64,000 bases of DNA from Mobula hypostoma (taxonomy: Eukaryota), in the NCBI RefSeq assembly GCF_963921235.1, contig NC_086108.1, positions 109,246,001-109,310,000 of the forward strand, in the 5' to 3' direction. Positions 23,862 through 36,890 of this stretch are shown here, one piece after another. The notes below the pieces were generated by a model, which saw only the letters and a list, made by a program, of their open reading frames with translations, was not told where the DNA came from and did not search any database. The translations under genes and the position numbers were made by a program. The stretch's first letter is position 1. Every line of letters starts with the position of its first letter.

Positions 23862-24780
23862 TATGACAAAGGCAAACCAGCGGCTCAACTGTATTAGACG
23901 TTTGAGGAGATTTGGTTCATTGCCAAAGGTTTGTAAATTTCTACAGATGTACAGTGGAGAGCATTCGGACTGGCTGCATCACCATCTGGTATGGAGGCTC
24001 CAAAGCTCAGGATTACAGGAGGCCGCAGGGAGTCCCAGCCTCAGCCATCTCCATCATGGGCACAATCCTCCCCACCAGCAAGGACACCTTTGGTAGCTGA
24101 TGGAGACCTTTGGTAGCTGATGGACACCTTTGGTAGCTGATGGAGACCTTTGGTAGTGGATGGAGACCTTTGGTAGTGGATGGAGACCTTTGGTAGCTGA
24201 TGGACACCTTTGGTAGCTGATAGACACCTTTGGTAGCGGATGGAGATCTTTGATAGTGGATGGAGACCTTTGGTAGCGGATGGAGACCTTTGGCAGCTGA
24301 TGGACACCTTTGGTAGCTGATGGACACCTTTGGTAGCTGATGGTGACCTTTGATAGCTGATGGAGACCTTCAATAGCTGATGGAAACCTTTAGTAGCTGA
24401 TAGAGACCTTTGGCAGCTGATGGAGACCTTCGATAGCTGATGGCGACCTTCAATAGCTGATAGAGATCTTTGGTAGCTGATGGATACCTTTGGTAGTTGA
24501 TGCCTCAAGAAGGTGGAATCCTTTACCAGGGATAGCCTCCATTCAGGTCATGTCCTCTCCTCAATATTACCATCAGGAGGAGGTACACTCCCCAGAAGGC
24601 CAACACTCCATGATTCAGAAACAGCTTTGTCCCTTCTGTCATCAGATTTCTAAATGGACCGTGAATCCAAGAACACAACCTCGGTATTCACTTTTTATAT
24701 ATTTTTTAAGAAATTTAAGTCTTGGCTCTGTATTGCTGCTGCGAAGAAACAAATTTCACAGCAATTTCACTGGCCAAAGT
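23862..24780 (+). mobile_element. Rex1/Babar 3' fragment containing a minisatellite
   Basis: KANQRL..IRRLRRFG and FYRCTVESI..GCITIWYG; LINE sequence resumes after 24500. Confidence 0.8.
24081..24500. repeat. 20-bp minisatellite, 21 units (consensus tggagacctttggtagctga)
   Basis: Units stay in exact 20-bp register over 420 bp. Confidence 0.97.
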
Positions 24781-25624
24781 TGATTAGAAGGATTGACTAG
24801 CAGGGGCGAAGGCAGAACAACAATGGCTGGAGTTTCTGGGAGCGTTCCAGAAGACACAGATTAGATAACATCCCAAAGAAGACATATTCTCAAGCGAAAA
24901 TGAGGCCAACGTGCTGACAGGGGAAGTCAAAGACAGCATATAATATTGCAACAATTAGTGGCATGTTAAAGAATTGAGAAGCTTTTAAAAACCAGCAGAA
25001 GGCAACTAAAAATATGAAAGGGGAGAAAAGATGAAATATCAGAATCAAATTTAATATCAGTGGCATATGTCATGATTTTTTTTTACTTTGTGGCAGTAGT
25101 ACAACGCAATACATGATAACAAAGATGAAAAATAAATACGAAATCAATTACAGTCAGTATATATATATATATTAAATAGTTAAATTAAAAATAGTGCAAA
25201 AACAGAAATAATAAAAGTCAGGTAGCGTTCATGGGTTCAATGCCTATTTAGGAATCATATGGCAGAAGAGAAGGAACTGTTATTGAGTCACTGAGTGTGT
25301 GCCTTCAGGCTTCTGTACCTCCTTCCTGGTGGTAACAATGAGAAGAGGGCACGTTCTGGGTGTTGGGGATCAATAATAGTGGATGCCACCTTTCTGAGAC
25401 ACCTCTCGTTGAAGATGTCTTGGATATTACAGAAGATAGTACCCAAGATGGAGCTGACTAATTTTATAAATTTCTGTAGCTTCTTTCAATCCTGTGCAGT
25501 AAGTAGCCATCCCGTACCAGACAGCGATGCAGTCTGTCAGAATGCTCTCCGCAGTACATCTGTAGAAGTTTTCAAGTGTTTTAGGTGACAAACCAAATCT
25601 CCTCAAATACCTAATGAAATATCA

Positions 25625-26470
25625 CAAACAAGAGACAATCTGCAGATGCTGGAAATCCGAGCAACGCACACAAAATGCTGGAGGGACTCAGCAGGCTAGG
25701 CAGCATCTAGGAAAAGAGTACAGTCAACGCTTTGGGTTGAAATCCTACAGCAAGACTGGAGAAAAAAGGCTGAGGAGTAGATTTAAAAGGTGGGGGGAGG
25801 GAAAAGTAGAAACACCAGATGATAGGTGAAACCTGGAGGGGGAGGGATGAAATAAAGAGCTGGGATGTAAACTGGTGAAAGAGGCAGAAGGCCGTGGAAG
25901 AAAGAAAAAGGAGGGAGGATCACCAGAGGGAGGCGATGGGCGGGCAAGGAAATAAGGTTGGGAACGTTGACTCAGTCCGTGAGAGGCCTGGACAAGGTGC
26001 AGATTGGATATCTGTGTGGGGCACCACTCCTCGCACAGACACTAGAGCAATGTGTGATTAAGTGCTTTGCTCAAGGACACAAACACACTGCCACAGCTGA
26101 GGCTCGAACTAGCGACCTGTAGATCACTAGATGAACGCCTTAACCACTTGGCCACGTGCCCAACACGTGGTGAAATAAGGCGAGAGAGAGAAAAGGGGAT
26201 GGGAAATGGTGAGGGTTGTGGGGAGCACTGTTGGAAGTTTGAGAAATCAATGTCCATGCCATCAGGTTGGAGGCTACCCAAAAGGAATATAAAGTGTTGT
26301 TCCTCCAACCTAAGTCTGGCCTCATCATGACAGTGGAGGAGGCCATGCATGGACATATTGGAACGGGAATGGGAAGTGGAATTAAAATGCGTGGGCACTG
26401 GGAGATTCTGCTTGCTCTGGCGGACGGAGCGTAGATGATCAGCAAAACAGTCTCTATCTACAACGGGTCT
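25625..26470 (-). mobile_element. Penelope-like element 3' part interrupted by a SINE
   Basis: FADHLRSVRQ, LEEQHFIFLLGSLQPDGMD; pLTR. Confidence 0.85.
25958..26171 (-). mobile_element. tRNA/CORE-like SINE with 9-bp TSD
   Basis: Minus strand: tggccaagtgg A box, agttcgagcc B box, gtgtccttgagcaaagcacttaa CORE-like motif; TSD gaaataagg at 25949-25957 and 26172-26180. Confidence 0.75.
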
Positions 26471-26719
26471 CACAGGTATACAGGAATCCCCAGCATCCAG
26501 GATGTCTTCAAAAGCCGATGTCTCAAAAAGGTAGCACTCGTCATTGAGGACCCCCAGTCACCCAGGACATGCTCTCACCTCATCATGATGAGGCCACACT
26601 TAGGTTGGAGGAACAACACCTTATATTCCATTTGGGTAGGCTCCAACCTGATTGCATGAACATCCATTTCTCAATTCTGGTAATGCTCCCCTCCTCCTTC
26701 ACCATTTCCCATCCTCTTT

Positions 26720-27540
26720 TCCCTCTGTGATAGGCAAATTGCAGTGGGTACAGTTCCTTGCTGAGGCAGGAGTTGATTCTAGCCATGACCAACCCCTCAA
26801 AGCATTTCATCAACGTTGATATGAGTGCTACTGGGTGATGGTTATTAAGGCAGCTCATACTACACTTCTTGGACACAGGTATAATTGTTGTCTTTTTGAA
26901 ACAGGTGGGAACTTCCAACTGTAGCAGTGGGAGGTTGAAAATGTCCTTGAATACTCCCGCCAGTTGTTGACACAAGTTTTCAGAGCCATACCAGGTACTC
27001 CACTGAGGTCTGCTGCCTTGCGAAGGTTCACCTTCCTGAAAGACAGCCTGACGTCGGCCTCAGCAGGGATCTTCACAGCTGTAGTTATATTCTCCCTTTC
27101 AAAGCAAGCATTGAAAGCACTGAGTTCATCTGGTAGTGAAGCATTGCTGCTATCCATGCTATTGGGTTTCACACAGTAGGAAGTAATATCCTACAAACCC
27201 TGCCAGAGTTGATGTGCATCCGATGTCACTTCCAACTTCATTTGGAATTGTTTCTTTGCTCCTGAAATAGCCCTCTGCAAGTCATACTTGGTTTTCTTGT
27301 ATAGGACAATGAGCCTCCTAGTTCATCTATGGTTTTGGCTTGGGAATGTGCAGCAAGATATTTGTAGGCACACACTCATCCACACAGGTTTTAACTAAGT
27401 TGGTATTAACTGTGGCATACTCATCCAGATTCGAAGATGAATCTCTGAATATAGTCAGTCCACCAATTCAAAGCAGTCCTGTAATTTCTCCTATGCTTCC
27501 CTTGTCCATACCATCTCGATCCTCACTACTGGTCTTGCAG
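26720..27540 (-). pseudogene. Rex1/Babar ORF fragment (RT N-terminal part)
   Basis: LPDELSAF, QLAGVFKDIFN, PTCFKKTTIIPV, PVALISTLMKCFE, LQFAY. Confidence 0.85.
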
Positions 27541-27959
27541 TCTTCAGTCTCTGACCATACTCATGGTAGTAGTAGTGGTAGGCAGCCATCGATCCCAGGG
27601 GATCATGGGTTTGCCCCTCTGGTGGACTGTGTCCTCTCTCGGGTGTAAGCCTGGGTGGGAAGATTTGAAGAACTGGCTGTTGCCCATGCAGTGGGCTCCC
27701 TCTCTCCACATCACTGATGTTGTCCAAGGGAAGGGCAAGGGCCGATACGGCTCAGCCCCGGTGTCGTCACAGAGGTTGCCAGAGTGCAGTTGTAAACAAC
27801 ATCAAACTGCCTTAGGGACCCCAGTTCTGGATTTCTTCCTTGGGGTTTACTCCTGAAGCTTTTCCCATGGGTGGGTATGGCCGCAAGGCAGCGAAGGTTG
27901 AAAATCAGAGTTTTCCTTCTTCTAGGCAGGCTGCCGAGACCCACCTGCCTGAAACACTC

Positions 27960-29035
27960 ACCGTAAACAAGCCAAAAGTATCAAAGAGGGAACCAAAAGT
28001 TTTCTCAGATATATAAAAAGCAAAAGAGAGGCGAGATTGGAGATTGGATCATTAGAAAATAACACTGGAGAGGTAGTAATGGGGGACAAAGAAATGGCAG
28101 ATGAACTTAGTAAGTATTTTGTGTCATTCTTCATTGTAGAAGACACTAGCGGTATACCAGGGAGTCTGCAGAAGAACTTGGACAGATTAGAGAATGGGCA
28201 AAGAAGTGGAAGATTGAATACAGTGTAGAGAAGTGTATGGTCATGCACTTCAGTAGAAGGAATAAAGGCATAGACTATTTTCTAAATGGAGAGAAAATTC
28301 AAAAATCTGAGGTGCAAAGGGACTTGAAAGTCTTCATGCAGGGTTCCCACAAGGTTAACTCACAGGTTGAGTCATTGGTAAGGAAGGCAAATGCGATGTT
28401 AGCATTCATTTTGAGAGGACTAGAACATAAAAGCAAAGATGTAATGCTGAGGCTTTATAAAGCTCTGGTGAGATCTCACTTGGAGGATTGTGAGCTGTTT
28501 TGGGCCCCTTATCCAAGACAAGATGTTTTGGCATTAGAGAGAGTCCAGAGAAGGTTCACTAGAATGATTCCAGCAATGAAAGAATTAGCATATGAGGAAC
28601 GTTTGATGGCTCTGGGCCTGTACTTGGTGGAATTTAGAAGAATGAGGGGAGATCTCATTGAAACCTATCAAATATTGAAAGGCCTAGATATTGTGAATGT
28701 GGAAAGGATGTTCCCTATAGTGGGTGAGTCTAGGACGAGAGGGCACAGCCTCAGAATAGAGGGACATCCATTTAGAACAGAGATGAGAAGGAATTTCTTT
28801 AGCCAGAGGGTAGAGAATCTGTGGAATTCATTCCCATGGATGGCTATGGAGGCCAAGGCATTGCATATATTTAAAGCAGAGGTTGATAGGTTCTTAGTTC
28901 ACCAGGGTGTCAAAGGGTACCTGGAGAATGGGGTTGAGAAGAATAATAAATAAGCCATGATGGAATAGCAGAACAGACTCAATGGGCCGAATGACCTAAT
29001 TCTGCTCCTAAATCTTATTGTCTTATAGTCTTATA
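27960..29035 (+). mobile_element. CR1 LINE with large internal deletion (~28160)
   Basis: EMADELSKYFVS joined directly to LQKNLDRL; ORF 28237-28953 is the ORF2 C-terminus; 3'UTR present. Confidence 0.9.
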
Positions 29036-29529
29036 TATCAGTGATAACAAATCTGATTCTGATTCTGAATGCTTTACCCACTGGCTACTTGTCAGAGGAA
29101 TGAGTCTGCGGCCTGTTTCTACTCAGAGCACTAGGCGAGGGCAAGACACTCGATGAATATAAACGAAAGTTGCAACATAAACAAGTTGAAGATCTGCTTG
29201 TGGCTGGATTATCTCGTATTGGTATTCTGAGTGCTCGCCCTGTCTCAGACTCCTCTGACCCTGGCTGTCCTGTGCTCTATGCCAGCGGAGGCTGTCTGCT
29301 GATAAAGTGCCTTCTGTGAAGCCGACATGCCACAAAAATAGATCCTTAATTCTTAATCAGGGAAATATCCATCTATTGGACTAGACTACCGTGAGGGAGA
29401 CAGTCCTTCAAACCACAGGAAGGACCTAAAGGGACGTCAGGACCTCTGATAGACTTATTAACATCCAAAGCTAAATCAATTTCTTTTATTCCGTCCCATG
29501 GCTGTCTCGTGGTTTTAATTTTGAGACTG

Positions 29530-29768
29530 TGTAAAAGGAATCATTGCCTTTAGCGTCCTTTTTTGTTTATGTAAGTGTAAAATTAACTGCACCAGCATTT
29601 TGAGATTACAGTTAACTGTGGATTAATTCAGGAAATCATATTCAGTAAAATCCCTATCGCAGGGGGTTTAACAAAACAGAGCAGCTTAAAGGCTTTTTTT
29701 TCCTGCATTACATCGACAATGCTTATAGTGTAAAGGTTTCTATGAAGCCACCATGTTTTTTACAAAGC
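29530..29768. repeat. Putative ancient conserved repeat (Eulor4-like, from recollection)
   Basis: AT-rich segment unique in this window (aattaactgcaccagcattttgagattacagttaactgtggattaattcaggaa); family assignment from memory only. Confidence 0.4.
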
Positions 29769-29771
29769 CAA

Positions 29772-29845
29772 CCTTACATAGACTGTACAAAACCTTAGCC
29801 ACATCCTCTGCTGTCTGGCTGAGGTTTTATACAATCTATGTAAGG
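29772..29845. repeat. 74-nt hairpin (30-bp stem, 14-nt loop), MER135-like
   Basis: Arms 29772-29801 and 29816-29845 are reverse complements at 27/30 positions; family name from recollection. Confidence 0.7.
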
Positions 29846-30269
29846 CTTAGAATTAATTGTTAATAACCATTTGCCTCTTGGCCCGTCTGTTCTCAAAAAT
29901 ACCAGTCTCTGATTTTAATTATTCTCCGACTGAGGTCAGAGTTGGAAGTGCTGTTCCAGCGCACTAAATATTCGCCCTGATACACTGTGGCTTCAGAGCA
30001 TCACTTGGTCCAACTGCATCTCACAAAACCTGCTCCCCGCTCTGAATGCATCTCCTGAAACTTCTGCCATGTGGACTCAGGTACATCATTACTGCCATAT
30101 CCCCCTTCTCTTTGGGATTGGACTAGACTGGATTGGAAATGGAACTGGTTTATTACTGTCACCTCTCAGCCTTTGCCACTTCATAGAAACCAATCCAAGT
30201 TTATCCAACCACTCTACATAGCTACGACTCTCTAATCCAGGCTACATCAATAGAGAAGGAGGCACTTCG

Positions 30270-30795
30270 GTGAGTCAGTAAGCTTGCAGATGACACAAAG
30301 GCTGGTGGAGTTGAGGATAGTATGGAAAGTTGTCACAGGTTACAACGGGACATTAACAAGATGCAGGGCAGGGCTGAGAAATGGCAGATGGAGTTCAATC
30401 TGGAAAAGTATAAAGTGATCCACTTGCAAGGTTCAATTGAGAGGCAGAATACAGGGTCAAATGCAGGATTCCTAGCAGTGCAAAGGAACAGCAGGATCTT
30501 GGGGTTTGCATCCATAGATCCCTCAAATTTGTCATGTGACCTTGTTAAGTATGATAAGGTGTGTTGGCCTTCATTAGTCAGGAGATTCAAATCAAGAGCC
30601 ACAAGGGTAATGTTAGAACTCTATAAAACCCTGGTTAGACTACATTTGGAATATTGTGTTCAGTTCTGGTTGCCTCAATATAGGAAGGAAGTGGAAGCTT
30701 TAGAAGGGGTGTAGAGGAGATTTATCTAGATTAGACAGCATGCCTTTTGAGGAAAGTTTGAGCAAGCTGAGACTTTTCTCTTTGGAGAGAAGGAG
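30270..30795 (+). mobile_element. CR1 ORF2 3' fragment
   Basis: [36 protein letters not shown]. Confidence 0.85.
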
Positions 30796-31564
30796 TCGAT
30801 TCAAACTAAAGCAGAAAATTAACTGGTGTTCAGCTCACTTCTCTGTATCAGACAAGGTCCCTCACCTGAGTCTGTCCCATCTGCCTGCATTTGACACATC
30901 TCCCTTTCTTCTCACTATCAACATTGGTTGGTATGCGCAGGAGTCTTGGGTTTAATGAAACCAGGACTGGGAGCCACTGGCTCCTGGACCAGCATCACTC
31001 ACCTCATTGCTGAACGGGCTCTGCGGCTGTGGACTACAGCCATCGGGCTCCTGGACCAGCATCTCTCACCTCATCACTGTGGACTCACTTTCGGAGAGTC
31101 TGCGGTTCCTGTTCTGTGTATTATTTGTTTCCTTTTTTTATATTATGTGCATAATTTGTTCTTCTTTTGCACATTGGATGTTTGTTGGTCTTTGCTATCT
31201 GTGTTTTTTCAAGGATTTGCTTGTGTTTCTTTGTTTTCTGGCTGCCTACAAGAAGGTGAATCTCCAGGCTGTATATAGTGTAGATAGCTTGATAATAAAG
31301 ATACTTTGAACTTTGGATGATGAGAGGTGACTTGATAGAGGTGTACAAGATGATAAGAGACATAGATTGAGCAGAAAGTTAGGGACTTTTTCCCAGAGTG
31401 GAAATGACTGGTACTAGGGGACATAATTTTAAGGATATGGAGGAAAGCATAAGGGGGGGATGTCAGAGATACGTATTGTGCACAAAGAGGGGGTGTGTGG
31501 AATGGTGGTAGAGGCAGATACATTAGGGGCATTTAAGAGACTCTTGAATAGGCACATGGATGAT

Positions 31565-31880
31565 AGAGACAGCACAGTTGTGTAGTGGTTAGCACAACGC
31601 TTTACAATATAAGTGATCTCGGTTCACTACTTGTCAGGAGTTTGTATGTCCTCCTGTGACCACATGGGTTTCTTCAGGTGCTCCAGTTTCCTCCCACAGG
31701 ACAAAGACTTACCGGTTGGTAGGTTAATTGGTCACTGTAAATTGTCCAGTCATTAGTCCAGGGTTAAATCAGTGGATAGCTGGGTGGCACAACTCAAAGG
31801 GCTGGAAAGACCTATTCTTCGCTGTATCTCAATCAATCAATCAATCAATCAATAAATTGATCAATAAGTAAATAAATAAT
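31565..31880 (+). mobile_element. V-domain SINE (HE1-like) with (CAAT)n tail
   Basis: tRNA-like head, V-domain, CR1-like 3' end. Confidence 0.8.
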
Positions 31881-32194
31881 GGAAGCCCATATAGGAGGGA
31901 AGGGATCGATTGATCTTAAGTGGGTTTAAAGGTCAGAACAACATTGTGGGCTGAAGGGCCTGTACTGTTCTATGTTCTCTATACTTTACAGAATCATAGT
32001 CGGAGAGTAATATGGTTCAGTACCATAAGCAGTGAGGATAAATCTCATGATATCTGAAGAGTCCATGAAACCATGAATACTTACTCTTTATTTTTCACTA
32101 CTTACTTATTTTGTAATTCATAACAATTTTATGTCTGCACGACATTGCTGCCGCAAAACAACTACTGTAATTTCACATCATATAAGATAGTAAT

Positions 32195-32640
32195 AGCAGA
32201 AGGAGTAACACCTTATTTTCTATCTGGGAAGCCTCAACCTGATGACATGAATATTGATTTATCCTTCTGAACAAAAAAAATTCCCCACCCCCTCTTTTCT
32301 TCTAGTTCCTCACTCTGGCCTATCACCTCTTCTCATCTGTCTATCACCTCCCCCTGTATCCCATCCTTCTTCCCTTTCTCCTGTGGTCCACCCTTCTCTC
32401 CAATCAGATTCCTCTTTCTCCAGCCCTTTACCTTTCCCACTTACCTGGCTTCACCTATCTCTTCTACTATCCTCCTTCACCTCCCCCCACCTTTTTATTC
32501 TGGCATATTCCCCCTTCCTTTCCAGTCCTGAAGAAGGTTCTTGGCTCAAAACGTTAACTGTTTATTCATTTCCTGACCTGCTGCGTTCCTCCAGCATTTT
32601 GTATGTGTTGCTCTGGATTTCCAGCATCAGCCGAATCTCT
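32195..32640 (+). mobile_element. Penelope-like pLTR, decayed
   Basis: Remnant of LQPDGMN coding sequence; degenerate hammerhead cagtcctgaagaaggttcttggctcaaaacgttaactg. Confidence 0.8.
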
Positions 32641-33769
32641 AATGTCCCATTCCTCAGTGCATTATTTCAGAGGATCCTACACTCCACCACGAAAGGATGG
32701 TTTTCCAGTGGAAATGCAGTTACATTGTCATCTGCTTAAAACAGACAAAGCAGAAGGAATGAACACAAACGTCAGAAACTAAATCTGAGAACCCTGCAGC
32801 TTGACAAACACTGGGTAGAAGGATCCCACGAGAATGTGAGACATTACGTCCACCATGCCCCATCTGCCCAGTTCACCTGCAGCAATTTGCTAGGCTTTTG
32901 ATTTACATCTGTAATCCTCACAAGGAGATGCAAGTAGTCTAAAGTTTGCCCATAGTTAAATTCTGAGGAGAGCGAGGTTCTGACGAGATCATTTGAAGGA
33001 TGTCGACAGAGATGCAGAAAGAAAAATGAAGGAAGTTATAACACGAAAGGTTAACTTACTTTCTGTCCAAGCATTGTTCCAAAAGTCACTTCTGCCGTGC
33101 TGGTTAAAGATGCGCCTGCCTGAGTTATATAGCCACCTTCCCATTGGTTAGCTCCCGTACCCTACGGCACCAGTCTCTGGTCCCAGGCCACCTGCTGCGG
33201 TACCTGCAACTGGTTTCCGGTTTCAGGTGTACAAAGGTGAACACATATGGACTAGACTCTCTCTTGACCCTGACCAACTCCAGGGCATGAGCCGTGAGCA
33301 GCACTGGAGAAACCATTTGGAAGGTGTGTTGCAGTTAATAGGGGGAGGGACCCGTGCTTCGAATCCACACCTGGATAAGTCATTGTTTATCGCTTGTTTA
33401 ATCTTGTTCTGTCACTTGGACTGATTTTACAAGTGTATTGAATGCTTAGTGTTGTAGTTTATATAGACTGGGAGACTTGAATGAGTGCTTGTTTGATTTA
33501 CATGTTGATAAAGTGTTTCATTGCTTGCTTGTGAATTAATAGTTGCTGTACTTAACCGTAATCAGTGTCTGCTGTTTCACTATCCATAATGCGTCTGCCA
33601 ATCTGCTTCCATACAGCAGAAGTCCTAAGCTAATGTCCTTGCCAGACATAAAGTTATACAGCACAGAAATAGGCCCTTTGGTCCAACTTGCTGACCAAGA
33701 ATTCTTTTCTTTCATATTTGCAGTTTTCTGTCTTTGATGCGTGAAGCTAAAGTCAGGTGTATCAGTATT

Positions 33770-35590
33770 ACAGTGGAGTAAAAGGAATTAAAGAGGGAGG
33801 AGTTGCCAGAATTTACTGGAAAAGAACACTGGCAGGGATGATGGCAGAGCAGTAATGGCTGGAATTTCTGGAAGGAATTTGGAAGATATATACGTCACAT
33901 AGAGAAAGAAATATTCTAAAGGCAAGCTGACCAACCGTGGATAACAAGAGATCAAAGCCACATAAAACCCGTTGAAAGGACATGTAATAGAGCAATGATT
34001 AGTGGGAAGTTAGAGGATTTGGAAGCTTTTAAAAACTAACAGAAGGCAACTAAAAAAGTCATTAAGAAGGTAAAGATGGAATATGAAAGTAAGCTAGCCA
34101 GTAATATTAAAGAGGGTACCAAAAGTTTCTTCAGATATGTAAAGTATAAAAGAGAGATGAGAGTGGATATTGGACTGCTGGAAAACAATGCTGGAGAGGT
34201 ATTAATGGGGACAAGGTAATGGAAGACAAACTGAATAAGTATTTTGCATCAGTCTTTACTGCGGAGGACACTAGACGTAAGGTGGTAGTTCCAGCAGTCA
34301 GCGGGAATTAAGTGTGTAAAGTTACCATTACTAGAGAGAAGGTTTTTGGGAAACTGAAAGGTCTGAAGGTAGATAAGTCATCTGGACCAGGTGCTGTACA
34401 CCCCAAGGTACTGAAAGAGGTGGCTGATGAGATTGTGGAGGCATTAGTAATAATCTTTCAAGAATCACTAGACTCTGGAATGGTTCCAGAAGACAGTAAA
34501 ATTGTAAGTATCACTCCACTCTTCAAGAAGGGAGAGAGGCAGAAGAAAGGAAATTATAGGCCAGTTAGTTTGACCTCAGTGGTTGGGAAGATGTTGGAGT
34601 TGATTATTATGGATGAGGTCTCAGGGTACTTGGAGGCACATGATAAAATAAGCTGTAGTCAGCATGGTTTCCTCAAGGAAAAATCATGCCTGACAAATCA
34701 TTTGGAATTTGTTTGAAGAAATAACAAGCAGGATAGACAAAGGAGAATCAGTTAATGTTGTGTACTTGGATTTACAGAAGGCCTTTGACAAGGTGCCACA
34801 CTTAAGGCTCCATAACAAGCTACAAGCCCATGGTATTACAGAAAAGATTCTAGCACGGATAAAGCAGTGGATGATTGGCAGGAGGCAAAGAGTGGGAATA
34901 AAGGGAGCTTTTCTGGTTGGCTGCCGGCTATTAATGATGTTCCACAGGAGTCTGTGTTGGGACCAGTTCTGTTTACATTATATGTCAATGATTTGGATGA
35001 TGGAATTGATGGCTTTGTTACAAAGTTTGCAGATGATATGAAGATAGGGGAAGGGGCAGGTAGTTTTGAGGAAGTATAGAGGCTATAGAAGGACCTAGAC
35101 AAATTAGGAGAATAGGCAAAGGAATGGCAGATGGAATACAGTGTTGGAAAGCGTACGGTCATGCACTTTGGAATAAGAAATGAAAGGGTTGACTATTTTC
35201 TAAATGGAGAGAAAATACAGAACAACTGAGCCACAAAAGGACTTGTGAGTGCTTGTGCAGGATTCCCTAAAGTTTAACTTGCAGGTTGAGTCAGTGCCGA
35301 GGAGGGCCAATACAAGGTTGGTATTCATTTCAAGAGGAGGAATTTCTTTATCCAGAGTGGTAAGTCTGTGGAATCTGTTGCCACAGCTGGCTGTGGAGGC
35401 CAAGTCTATATGTATATTTAAGGCAAAAATTGATAGATTCTTGATTGGTCATGGCATGAAGGAATATGTGGAGAAGGCAGGAGACTGGGGCTGAGAAGGA
35501 AAATGGATCGGCCATGATGAAATGGCAGAGCAGATTCGATGGGTCAAATGACCTTTTGCTGCTCCTACATCTTATGATCTTATGTTCTAA
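33770..35590 (+). mobile_element. CR1 LINE, decayed ORF2 with deletions
   Basis: NYRPVSLTSVVGK, YLDLQKAFDKVPH, VPQESVLGP, KFADD. Confidence 0.9.
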
Positions 35591-36409
35591 AATGATTGTT
35601 AATCTGGATCTGATGCAGCATAAAAAACAATAAGCATAATGAACACAATTTTTAAAAATAAATATAAATATAAAAGAAATCCTATAAAACAAAATGTACA
35701 GGTATACATGAGCCATGGGAGCAGGTGGTGGATGGTCGTTTGAGCAGCTGGTGCATATCACAAGTCCTGGTTATGTGACTACTGATACCAGGCAGACAAT
35801 CTCTGAAGAGTATTGGTAATGGCTGGGGTCACCCATCTTGTAAAGACACTGCCCAGAAGAAGTCAATAGCAAACTACTTCTGTAGAAAAAATTGCCAAGA
35901 ACAATTATGGTCATGGAAAGACCACGATCGCCTTCTCATATGACAGGGCACTTAACAAACAAACAAACAAGTGACTGTTACACACATAGACAGCATGTAC
36001 TGTATGTACATAAAGGGACACCAGGTGATATTTGTCTATTGGTGGAGAGGTGGGTTAATAGGTGCAGGTGTTGATCAGCCTTACTGCTTGGGGAAAGTAA
36101 CTGTTTTTGAGTCTGGTGGTCCTGGCGTGGATGCTGTGTAGCCTTTTCCCTGATGGGAGTGGGACTAGCAGTCCGTGAGCAGGGTGGGTGGGTTCTTTCA
36201 TGGTGTTGCTGACTTGATTTCCCAACCCTGGAAAAAAGACATCTAAATCACTAAAGATGTTTTCTCACTTCTCATTGACAGAAAACCTGCTCCATCGATA
36301 GGAGCAGTAGACAACCTTTGAGGAAATCTGACTGGTTTCACCGATGCATGGGAGGTGTTGCCCAAGAACGCTGAGCTGCCTCATGTCTCATGGATACTTT
36401 AAAAATCTG

Positions 36410-36890
36410 CATGGGCACCACGGTAGCTTAGTGGTAAATGTGATGCTATTACAGCTTGGAGTTCAATTCTGCCGCCATCTGTAAGGAGTTTTTATGTTCT
36501 CCCCATGACCATATGGGTTTCCTCCAGGTGCTCCGGTTTCCTCCCACAGTCCAAAGATGTATTGGTTAGCATGCGACTCCTTCTTCTTCTTCTAAAGCCC
36601 ATCACCCCGACTGTAGCTCACCAGCATCCTCTGTCCTGGGCCAAAATCTTCGCCTTTCAATCGAAGGTTTTCCTCTCCTAGGGATGAAGTCTTTGCAGTT
36701 TCCGTTGGCATTTCTCTAGCTCTAGGTGATGGGGTTACAATCACGCGCCCAACCATCCTCCTTTCGCAGCTGCCTGTGGGATCATCCATGGAGGAGTTTA
36801 GTTGGTTCACTGGTCATTGTAAATTGTCCCATGATGAGGCTACGGTTAAATAGGCAGGCCTGCTTCATGCTGCATCTCTAAATAAAGAAA
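36410..36890 (+). mobile_element. V-SINE interrupted by a minus-strand RTE-type short element (~36580-36800, (GAA)n tail)
   Basis: V-domain at 36495-36560 resumes at ~36805; insert begins cttcttcttcttct on the + strand. Confidence 0.65.

Noticed and set aside
24081..24500. Regular short repeats superficially like a CRISPR array
   Set aside because: Head-to-tail units with no unique spacers, vertebrate context and no cas genes; it is a minisatellite.
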